Assembly (NCBI GenBank): GCA_044892525.1
Contig: CM097888.1
Location: 28,520,001 to 28,584,000 of the forward strand
Source: Schmidtea polychroa
Lineage: Eukaryota
Direction: 5' to 3'
Length of the DNA stretch: 64,000 bases
Made by a program: the position numbers and the translations under genes
Shown: positions 48,572 through 60,700 of the stretch, piece by piece
Numbering within the stretch: the stretch's first letter is position 1
How the letters are laid out: each line of letters begins with the position of its first letter
The notes under the pieces: model-generated
Seen by the model: only the letters and a program-made list of their open reading frames with translations
Databases searched by the model: none
What the model was told of the DNA's origin: nothing

Positions 48572-48707
48572 CTCTTATGTAAATTTAATTTTATTTTATG
48601 ATTCCCGTTATTGTATAATATTGATACCGCGCTTATATAAAGATATAGTACTGTTATATACATAAGATATACTTACTTTTTACAATTATATACAGTCATA
48701 TTCCTTT

Positions 48708-51700
48708 CTATATACGTGAGTTTGGAGGGCGCTGAACGTTCCAGGCCTCCACCCACTGTCCTTGTTTGATATCACTTGGTCGTTTCACTCGATGTTGGAA
48801 GTTTCTGATTCGGGTCATTTCTAGTTCTCCGCGATGTCGTTTATCCTTAATTATTTTTATTGTTCCCCCCGTTATGATTAGGAATGCCCCTGTTATTATT
48901 ATCCCACTGATCCACATCATCTGCTTCACGCTTATACTCTCTGGTTTTTCCTTGTTTGTTAGTGTTGATATCGCTTCTGTACTTTTCTCGTTTCTTCTTT
49001 TGCCATTTCCTTTCATCATTTCTCGTATTCTTGCTATTTCCTCGTTCATACCCTCCTTTGCCATCTTTTGTATTTTTTCCATCTCTTCCTCCGAAACATA
49101 GTTGTCCTGAGCTTCCTCGCCGGTTTTCTTGTGCTTTCCTCCTTCGTCCTTTTCGTCGTGGTTTTTCCTTTTCTTTCCTCTTTTCCCCGGGTATCGTCGG
49201 CATTCTCTTTTTGATTCGTTTCTCCAGATACAAACCGTATATTCCTTCGGGGGCTGCTGCTGCGTCACATATTGATGGCATCTCTCACCCGGTCCTAATC
49301 TTGAAATACAGACTTTGTGCTCTTTTCTTGGTTGGAGCTGCGTTATTACTACTTCGCCACCTTTTCCTAGGTGTACCTCTTTTCCTTTGACGTTCGTTAT
49401 TCTCTTCCCGTCTCGATTTCGGTATGCTTCTTGTATTCTTACTTCTGTTATTGGTTCTGTGGCCTCATTTATCAGTACTAGTTTCTGATACGCTCTAGAC
49501 ATGCATCTTCCTAGTATGCACCTTTCCTTTAAGTCCCATTCTTCCTTTAAATCCCACTGCTGCTCTTGTGCTTGCTTTTTCTTTTCTTGCTTTAGTTCAT
49601 CCTCTTTGCTATCTTGATTCTCCGCTTCTTTGGTTTCTTTTATCGTTCTCGTCCCTCCCTGAGCTGTTACTAACTCTATCATGGTAAGCATAATTATCAT
49701 TAATATCATATTTGTCTCTATTTCTTTGTTAGTGAAAGGTAGGCATACCCTCTGTTTTCCATTATTCGATTTTTCCTCCTCTTTGGTCTTAGTTCCCGGG
49801 CTGTTTCCCTCTCTTTTCGTATCCGAATCCTTGTTTTCCGGTTTACCCTCCTCCGGTTCTCTTTTCTCTTTATCCTCCTTTCGGCCTTTTCCGTTATTGT
49901 CATCGTGTTTATCTCCCCCGCTGTCGTTTAAAATGTCGTCCTCGACATTTATATCGTTCAATAATCTGCGATATGCTGTTAGCACTCTGTTTCTTGCTAA
50001 TTTTGCTTCGAATTCAAACTCCTTTCTGCCCGTTGCGGCATGCCTCTTTCTATTCCATTCTTTAACTAACTCTCTCAATTGCATACGACGATGTTTCCCA
50101 ATTCGTTGTTGCTCGTTCTGATTTTGCGTGAATTTTAGGTCTTCTCTATTTAATACTACTAAAATAATTTTAGGCGTCCCCCCCTTAGTTAGGGTATTCT
50201 TTACCATCGCATTTTCTCCGTTTTCGTAGAATTCGTTTACATTTATCGCATATTTATTATTTTGTGGTACTCTCCAGGTTAATAATAATTTCATTGCTTC
50301 TAGATTTTTCCGTACCGTATTCCATTGAAACTGAGATGTGTTTTTGCACATATTTTCAACTTCTTCTTTTGTCGCATTTTTGCAAATAAATCTGATCATT
50401 TCTAAGTTTGGCTGTATGGTTGCCCAGTCCAAGGTGGAATTTCCTTCATTGGACCTTTCGTCTAGTTTCGATCCTGATTGATGTAGGATGTGGAGTGTTT
50501 TTGGGTGTATTTTCGTTATAGCTGCATACATCATGGCGGTTTCACCTTGTTCATTTTTCGTGTTGGTTTCCTCGCCCATCTCTCCAAGGATTCTCACGAT
50601 CGTTATTGCTCTATTTTCTTTCGCTGCTAGTATTGCTTGTTGTAGGGGTGTTCTGGAATCCTTCGTTACCATCGTAAATGCTCGAGGCAAGAAGGTTTTG
50701 ATTTTCCCGATATCTAAACCCGTGGTTTGATCTCTTGCGTATGTGTGTACGGCTTTTATTATTTTGGACAATATTATTTCGTCTGGCAGCTCTAGCATTT
50801 CCTCAAAGAACACTTCTTTTGCTTTGCGTATTATTGCCTCTTGATCTATACTCATTGATTTGGTTTCGATGACGTTGTTTGTGACCGTTTGGTTCGTTGT
50901 TGACTTTGATTCCCTGGATTTCTCATACCTTATTTTCGTTTTCTTTCCGTTTGGATTATTGATTCGTTCCTCTGCTGTAAGTATTTGGATAATATCCAGG
51001 TAATTCTCGCGGATGTTATTCATTGTGTCCATCATATATAACACACTTACCGTTTCCCAATATTTATTTCGTACTTGGTTAGTAAATTGGAATAGGGATT
51101 TTTCGAATGTGTCGATTCGCCCTTTTGCTAACTGTTCGTCCTTATGATTTGTGAATTTTATTCCTCGTTCTAGTAATTGATTCGGAATTTCGAATAAATG
51201 ATGTCCTTTCATAGCTTCTCTCATCAGCGTGTTCTCTCCTCTCGTGAACGCTTCGTTTACGTTGATCATATAATCGTTTTGAATTGGATTTCTCCATGTA
51301 ATTAATATTCCGGTAATTGTCGTCAGTTTTTCTTTGATCGCTGTTAACAATCCATCATACATGTTTCCGACTTCCCGATTGTCCTCATATGATAGTAGTT
51401 CCATCAATGACGTGAACGCCTCGGTACTTCTCCCTTCGATAGCATGGTGTAGAGCGTTTTTCCGCTCGTGGTCTTGTGTAGTTATTTTCGATCCGGTATC
51501 GAGTAATGCGGTTATAATGTCTTTTGTTTTGCCTCTGTTTGCGGCTATCATTAATGGTGTGTAACCTTGGTTGTTTGTTTGTTCTGTTGATCGCTTGCAG
51601 TCGTGAAATGCTTCTATTGTTTCTAGTATTTGCTCGTTGTTACCTACTTTCATGAGTTTGTGTAATGGCGTGTCTCCGTAATGATCTGTTATTGTAAATA

Positions 51701-54700
51701 ATATTGGCCATTGGCTTTTGACTACTCGCAATAATGGGTGTGTCCTTTCTCTATTTGCATAGTTCTCGATCATCGTCAATAATCCTCCTAATATTTCGAA
51801 ATCTAATCGATCTTTTGCCCATCCAGGTATTCTAATTTTTACCTCTTTTACAATCTTTTCCGCTTCTGATGGTTGGATACCTAATCGTCCAGTGATCGGT
51901 TCTGCGAGTTGTTGCATCATGTTCATTCGGTAGGTTTGCGAACGTGTGGTTAATGTACGGCCTTCTGGTTGACTAGTGGCTGTTTTTGGAATTGATTTGC
52001 ATCGTGCCACGTTTACGTATATTGGTCTGGTAAAGGGGTTATTTACCAATTTCACTCTTACATTAGTTTCGCCTACGAATAAGATCTCATATGGTCCTTT
52101 TCCGTTGCGTTGTAACTTTTTTGTGGTTCCTGGAATTAATTCCGGGGTTTCTATCATTACCCAATCACCTGTTTGGAACGTATGTTGCTTCACGTTTTTC
52201 TTTCGATCGTGTAAATCTTTATAACTTTCCTGGTAGAACTTGATATTTAATCCCGCAGTTTCCCAAATTTCTTGCATTCTTTCCTTGAATTTCGTAACAT
52301 AATCATCGATCTCCATATACTGCGATATCGGTGGTTGGTATTCCAGGTCCATTGGCATATTACATTCTCTTCCGTACATTAATTTGAATGGGCTCATTTT
52401 CGTTGATGCGTGAATCGACATTCTGTACGCCATAAGACATAGGTTTATATATTCGTCCCAATCTCGTTGGTGACGGTCAACGTAGTTTGATAACATTTGT
52501 ATAAGTGTTCCATTAAATCTTTCCGTCATCCCATTGGTTTGAGGGTGGTATGGAGATGTTCTTAGTTTTGCTATTTTGAAGTAATTTGTTACTTCGCTCA
52601 TTATCTCACTCATAAAATTAGTTCCCTGATCGGTTAAGATTTGTTTTGGTGTTCCATATCGGCAACATATTTCTTCTACCAAAATTTTTGCGATTGTTTT
52701 AGCTTTTTGGTCTGGCATCGCGAATGCTTCTGGAAATTTCGTAAGAAAGTCTGTGATCACTAGAATGTAAACGTTTCCTTTATCTGACTCTGGTAGTGGA
52801 CCAACTACGTCCATGGATATCATTGTCATTGGTTCTATTGGTACTGGCATTGGCGTTAAAGGTGCTTTCCATTTCGATCCAGTATTCTTCCTGGTTGCAC
52901 AAGTTAGACAATTTTTTACCCATTCGGTTACATCTTCAGTTAACGTAGGCCAAAAATATTTCTGTTTCATTCTTGCTAACGTCTTTTTCGATGACATATG
53001 TCCTCCCAATCTCCCATCGTGATATTGCGTTAGTAACTCTTTTCGTCGGTTTTCCGGTATACACATTAATCGTTTTTCCCCATCCATTATCAGCAACCAA
53101 TCTTTCTCTATAATATATCGGTGTCGGTGTTTATCCATATGTTCTTTTAATTTTTGGTCTTTCGCATATACATCTGTCTTTCCGGTTTTTACATAATCGA
53201 TAATTTGTTTTAATTCCGCGTCCTCTTGTTGGTCCTTTCGTAATTGACAGAAATCCAAATCTTCCGCTACTATCAAGCATATGCGTTGCATTTCTGAATC
53301 CACCAAATCTGGGAAAATAAATCTTGACATACAATCGGCGTTGGCATTTGCTCTTCCCGCTTTGAATTTTATAAATGGGGAGTATTCTTGCAATTGCATG
53401 GCCCATCGCATCAGTCTACTGGACGCTTCTTTATGTTGCCCTAACCACACTAATGGTTGATGATCTGTGGTTATGCATATCTCATGTCCCCATAGTAAAT
53501 ATCGGAAGTGTTTGATAGCTTGTATTATAGCCAATGCTTCTCGTTCTGTTACCGAATAGTTCTTTTCGTGCTTTTTGAATGTTCGACTGTAATACCCGAT
53601 TACTCTCTCTTTTCCCTCATCGTCTAATTGTCCCAGAATCGCGCCTGCCGCGTACCCGCTTGCATCCGTTGCCAATAGAAATGGCTTCTTAAAATCTGGG
53701 TGTACGAGGATAGGTGCTTCGATTAGTTTATCTCTCAGCGTTTCGAACGCCTGTTGTTGTTCTTTTTCCCAAATGAACGAAATATCCTTCTTTACTAATT
53801 CCTGGATTGGTTTTGCAATTCCTGCATAATTTTTGATAAATTTGCGATAGTATCCGCATAATCCTAGAAATTCCTGAACTTGGGTGACAGTTTTCGGTGC
53901 TGGACATGTTTTTATTTTCTCAATGTTTCTTGGATCTGGCTCCTTTCCTTTAGCTGACACTATGTGTCCTAAAAACGTGACTTTTTCCTTTGCCCAATCG
54001 CATTTTGATGGTTTGAGTTTGAGTTTCCACTGTCTTAATCTAATAAATACGTTTCGGATATCTTCCAGATGTTGTTCAAATGTCGCTGAATAGATTAGTA
54101 AATCATCAATATATACCATACATTGTTTGATTCCATGGGTGACAAAGTTCATACACCGTTGAAATGATGCTGGTGCGTTGGTCAGTCCAAATGGCATTTT
54201 TCTGAATTGATATAGATCTCGTCCCAACGTGAAAGCTGTTTTCTCTTTGTCCTCATCTTTGACTTTAATCTGCCAGTATCCACTTTTTAGATCTAAAGAA
54301 GTAAAATATGCTGCCCCTTGCAACATCAATAACATCTCATTGATGTCCGGCAATGGATAGGTATCTCTCTTGGTCACTGCGTTTAACTTCCGATAATCGA
54401 TACAGAATCGTTGGGTGCCATCTTTCTTTTTCACCATGACCACTGGGAATTGCCAAGGTGAGCAACTTGGTTCGATTACTTTTGCGTCCAGCATCTTTTG
54501 TACTTCTGCTTCGGCTATTTCTTTTTGCATTTCTGCTAGCTTGTATGGTCTTAATGCAATTGGAGTTTCATCTATGAGGGGTATTGCATGTAGGGTAACA
54601 TCGCCTGTACCCAAGTCTAAGTCTGAGATGGCGAATATATCTTTATATTCTACCAACAATCGGTGTAATTTTTTCTTTTCATCATTCGTCAACAACATAC

Positions 54701-57700
54701 TATCTATTGTCCATAATTCATCATCTTTGATCATCTCGTTGGTCACTTTCGGTAATTCTATGTCCATCATTGGGGTCAATCTTCCCAATTTTTCGTTCTC
54801 ATAAATGATTTTGTCTTCCTCTTCGAAATTCGTGATGTTGAGCGGTATCACTCCTTCTTGGTTTATTGTGATTATTTCTCTTGCGAGTGGTAATTCTCGT
54901 CGCTTTTCGAATGACTGGCTTGGTTCAAAGATAACTTCTCCTTCCATACCCGTATCCACTTTTATCTGACAAATCATCTGCGATTTTGCTGGTACTATTA
55001 TTTTTTCTGGACATCTGATGACTGCATTCATTTTGCATATTCTACCGGTTTTGTCTTTTAAACACATGGTTGTTAAGTCAATTACGACTTCTTTTAACAA
55101 TTCTGGCATCAAATCCGTTCCGATTATGCATGGTACGCTAAGTTTTGGTATTACTGCCAAATACGTTTCAATTTCGTTGTCCTGGTATCTCAATGTAGTC
55201 CACCATCTTCCGACCACGTCCACTGTTTCTTTACTACATGCTATGATGTGAATTGTTGTTGATTCGATATCCTTCCAGTGTTTACTGGGGATTTGATTAA
55301 TCGCTATCGCTGATACATTAGCTCCTGTGTCTATCATAGCATTGGTTTCTTGACCATTGATTTGGATCATGACTGTCACTGCTGGACCTCCAGGTAGACT
55401 CATTGCTGCGATTGTTCTTACGTCATCTGCTTGATCTACACTTTTGGTACGTCGTGTTGGCATATAATGCATACCGGGTTGACTCGGTAATTGCGGATAC
55501 ATATTTTGTGTCATGGTCAAAGCTGCTTGTGGTCCCACGATATCCGGTGGTATATAGCTTCCATTGGCGATCCAGGTGTTTGTCTTTTCCTTTTCCCAAT
55601 ATGGTGCCGTTTCCATTGGTTTTTCGTTTGGGTTTCTGTTTGGATAAAGACATTTATCGTTCCCGTTATCATCGTCGTCACTATCGCTGTTAGATGATTG
55701 GCTTCTAAATCGGTCCAAGAATTTTGGCTTATTCTTTTTCAATTGTCGTCTTGTTGCTTCATCGTACATTACTTTCCGGAATCGTCTGCCTACTTCCTCG
55801 TCGGTTCCTTTAATCTTTGTTAATATTTTAATCAATCGCTTTATCCGATGAATGTCTTTTGAGTGACCATGTAATACCATGGTTTTAGCTAAAAATGGTA
55901 AGAAGCCTACTATCATTTTCCAGTTAACTTTCTTTTCCCGCTTGTATATATCAAAACAAGCTAACATTTGTGTTAGTATTACTCTGACTATCTGAATTAT
56001 GAGTATGATCCCTAATATCCCGGCCATCATTTGTCCAAAAACTAAGAATCTTCCCCACATTGCTTTCATCATGTTTGACGTAGCTTGTTGAAAATGGTCT
56101 GGCGATAATAGCAGCTCGTAATTCGGGCCTGATTGATAATTTGTTCCCCCCGTTATTGTAACCATATTTGACAAAATGGATTCTCGTCTGGCTGGAAAGA
56201 GTACGTTAAGTCGTGCTGTTTCTAGGTCTTCTGGGGAATACATACCACCGTTTGACACGTCTATAGGTTTGAAATCCAGCTCTGTGGCGAGTTCTATTAA
56301 TCCAAATTTCTTGGGTTCCTCGGATATGGTTTTTCCCGGTAACATCATCCATTTCCCATCGGGTCTTTCATACAAAGGTCCGTATGCATTAGAACAGTTA
56401 AAGAGATTTGGGTAGAAACCCACTGGATTCATAATTCTAGTGACTGGTTGGACGAATCGATTTTGTCCTTTATAACGGATTTCTAATTCATTTGCACATC
56501 TCTTTTCGGGTAGTATGGATTTTTCTGGCATTCGTGCATACGTCTTGGTACACTGGTATGTGTACATCACTTCTCCTACCATTCTACCAAAGTGTCCATC
56601 TGGTAATGGGAGTGATGGCATCGTGTTATCTGGGTGCGTTATCGCAATAGCTAGCTTTGTTTTCAATATTTCTTTATTCAATGAACAATCGTTTTGTATC
56701 AGATCGTAATATACTTTTTGCAAGGTCGTTTGTCCGCGATGAAATAGAAAATCCATTTTATTATTTGCATATAAGTATAGTTTTACGTCCTCCGTTGCTA
56801 TCTTTCCCACTGCTCTATCGATTATTTGTCTCGACATATAGATGCCTGCGTAATTGGTTTTATATACTATACTGTCACATTTGGTGGTTTCTTTCTCTTT
56901 GATAAATCTCATACCTAGATCTGGATCGTCTGTGATTAATGCTGTTGGTGTCTTCTGCGTTGAAAGTCTCTTTTCTCTGGGAGATGGTGGCATTGGTTTT
57001 CCATTTCGCATTCTCACTCTGTCGTTTCCATCCTCGTCGTTCTCGTTCTCATATATTTCTCCTGTTACTTCATTGAACAAAGCACTTTTTAACAGTTGGA
57101 GTCGGCATTTTTGGGTATTAGCTTCATAGATTATAGTTGATACTCCTGTCCTGCATACGTTTTCTGTAGCTTTACACGCTGGGTTGGTCTTCATTTGGTA
57201 ATTATTTGCGTCAAATTGCGCTTCGTATTCTTTTAATTCGACCGTGTAAGACTCGATCACTACAACTCCCGATATTACCTCGCCTCGGATCGTATACGTC
57301 CCCCCGTTACATGACCCATCTGATGATTTTACTTTTCCGGATACGTAAACACTTTCGGTTTTAATCATTCCAGTTTGTCCGTGAATTGTCACTCCGTTAT
57401 GCATTTTTAGCGCTCCGGTTCTAAATAGCTCTTTACAATCCTCTCGTTGTATTGATACGATTTCTTTATCCAGACCAGGTAGTATAAGAGTCGAATACGA
57501 ATATTGTCCACAGTAATATGCGAGTACCTTTTTTGATACTACGCATTCCCTTGCTTGCGTTCTGATGAAATCTGATTCTTGATATACATGGTAAGTAACT
57601 TTTGTTCTCACGATGTCCAATTTGTTGGGTGAGGCTTGTCTGCATTCTTCTATGTCTCTCAATGAGTATTTATCCCTCATTATCATATTATCACAATCGT

Positions 57701-60700
57701 AGATGGTGAAACCTGTTGCTCCACTTGTGCACAACATCCATATCATCATAGTCATCATTAACGAATTTATTGATGCTTTTCTGCTTGCGGGATCTTTCAT
57801 CGGTAGTTCCCATTCTAGTTCATTTAACAGTTTTTTCAATCTAACTTGCATCGACCTTTCTTGCTCATTTTTCCGTGGCGCTTGTATCAGTCTTTTCCAT
57901 CCTCCGGCACGAATAATATGTGGTTCAATAGTATTCTCTATGATTGAAACGGTCATTTCCACATGATTTGCAAACTGTTTATTTGGTATTTTCCTCGCAG
58001 CTAGTCCCATCAAATTATACATCAAATAAGTGATTACCACTAGGTGATGTTCGTCATCATTTGCATTTGTCGTGAGCTGCTCAATCACTCTCTTTGTTTC
58101 GTCCCAATCCGTTTTGGTGGTTTTCGTTTTCTCTTTGATTAACTTTGGGATTATCCCCGAAATGGTGTGCCATAATTGTCTAGCTTCCGTACTGGCTACT
58201 TTCCGTTGCCACAAACGTCGAAGTTGTGGGTTTGTTATTATTAACATATCTTTTAACAATTCTCGTATCCATTTTTCTCCTCTTTCGATCGTTGGTTGGG
58301 CTTCCTTTAGATCCCATACTATTTTATCCAATTTTTCTAATCGAACTTGCCCTTGTTCTTGCTTTAATTGTTCTTTGGTTTTAAACTCAGACTTTTCTCC
58401 TTGTTTCTTAGGTCTTCCTTTTGCCCGTTTTTCCATCATCGTTCCGGCTTCTCTGGTATTTTCGTAATTCGGATTTCTTTCGTTATCCGTTCTGGGTAAT
58501 GAGCTATCGTTATTTCTTAGCCACTCATTCCATTCATCTATTATTTTATCGGTTTGACCTTCTGGTGTTACTTTCGTTGGTTCTCTTTGCTTCTGGAATT
58601 GTTCATCCGTTTCGGTTTCCGTAGTATTGTCGATGATTTCTTTGATGTTTAGTTTCGTGGGTTGTTGATAACTCGTTGATGGCTGGTTGTTAGTCCACAT
58701 TTCGGCTCCTGTCGGCCATCTCACTAATAGCGGTGATCTTTCTCCTGATTCATCGTCACTATCTTCCAGGATTATCTCTTCAACTTCTTCAGTTTCATTA
58801 GATTTACTTGGTGCTTTGTTCGGACTTGGAGTACTCAAGCTGCCTTTTGTTGGTTTAATAATTTTACTTTTCCTTTTTAACGGTTTCCCCAACGTTTCTG
58901 CCATTGTTAACACATTTGTCTCTTCCAATCTCATGGGTGTTATTCCGACGTCTGCATTATCGTCTAGTGATTTTCCGAATAGTTGCAGATGGAATGGAGT
59001 TTCATATGCTAATTTCTTTTTTAATTCTCTAATTTTTGTTGTTGGATGCACCTCTAGTTCCTCGATGCTCTTGTCCGGATACTTGATTCGGATGTGATAC
59101 CTCTCCTGGGTGTCTTGTGCCCATTCCTGATTTCTCCATTTTCGAATAATTTGTTCTAGCTGTTCTGGATACCATTCATTATATTGCCGGTATTCCTCTA
59201 TTGCCTTTGCCATTCCTCTCAGATTGTGGATATTCTCTGATGTTTTTAAGATGATATTAGCCAACGCTACTACCTGGCGTTTTTGATTTTTCGCTCCCAT
59301 TGCTAAAATATCGCCTAATTGTTTATATCTTTCTTTCTCTTCTCGTTCTCTTGCTTCCGTCGCTTCCTCGCCGTCCATATCAGCATATTCACGTTCCTTT
59401 TTCCTCATTGCATGAATATGTCTCGCTTCATTTTCGCTTTCTGATGTGACATCCGTCTCGCTTTCGTCATCTGATGTCTGTCCCCTTGCTTCCTCTTCAT
59501 ATTCTGGGGGTTCCTCTTCTTCTTCCTCCGATTCACTTTCTGTCTCACCAATGTCTGTTTCTACGAAGATTCCTTTCCGGATTTCCCATTCCTTATTTTC
59601 TGCATTCCACACTCTTTCCCATGGGGTTCGTCTGCAGGATCTGGTATTTAATTTCGTGATTTTTCCTTGTAGCTCTTTTTCTTTTAACCATTGTTGGTGG
59701 ATTTCAATTATTTCTGTAGATTTTTGATACAACGTTTTCATCCGGTCTCGTATTTCTTTTTGATATGTTACATCTCTTGTTCGGAATTCATCCATTGGTA
59801 CTATCCTGATTATCTGATGATTGTCCCACATACCCATTTCGCTTAACGAGGTGTCGTCCTCCGCTCGTAATATTATCTTATCGTACATCATGACTACATC
59901 ATCCACCATACCATCACTACTTTCGCTACGTACCTTTTCCGTTATCTCTTGGTTTATTTTTGATACCAAGTCATCCACTGTACTCTGATTGCTCATTTTT
60001 ATTCGTCGTTTTTCTTCGTTCGGTAACCATATGGTTATTTCCAACCTCTGTGGCTGGGTTTCTTTTAACCTTCCATATTTGTGGATCAAATTTATGGTTC
60101 TCCAATCACTCATTCGGAGCATTTCTGTATCTCGCAACCGGCTCATTAGTTCGTACATGGCTGGGGCTCGTCTGGTGATGAGTAAATCCCAGTTGTCTTC
60201 TACTTGTTCTTGAATTTGTTTGATCAGCTTATCCAGGTTTCGTCTCAGAGTACATTGTTTTATTTGTTCTAATTTCAATTTGATATTAAAATCATATTCT
60301 GCCTTGGCATCTTTAGCCCAATCGTAAATGTTGGCTGGTTGTTTTTCTTTATGCAACTTCAGTATTTGCGTTTCTCCTGGCCATATTAGTGCATCTACTA
60401 AGTGCATATCTGGTTTGATCTGGTCTCCTTGGTATTGATACAGGTATTCTTTCTTTCTCGAACTTCCCAAATGTTCTCGTATCCAATCGAAAAGTTCGTC
60501 GGTGACTGTATTTTTTATCCACATTCTTTCAAGTCCTCTACTCGTTCCAATTTTTATTACATACCGCGTGGTATCGGCCTGCTTCATTTTTTCCATATAA
60601 TTTTTTATAATTGATTTTTCCTCGTTTGGTATTAGATCTTTCTCGTTTCTTTCCAATTTCATCACTTTTTGCACGAATCGCCTGAATGGTATTACGTCGA

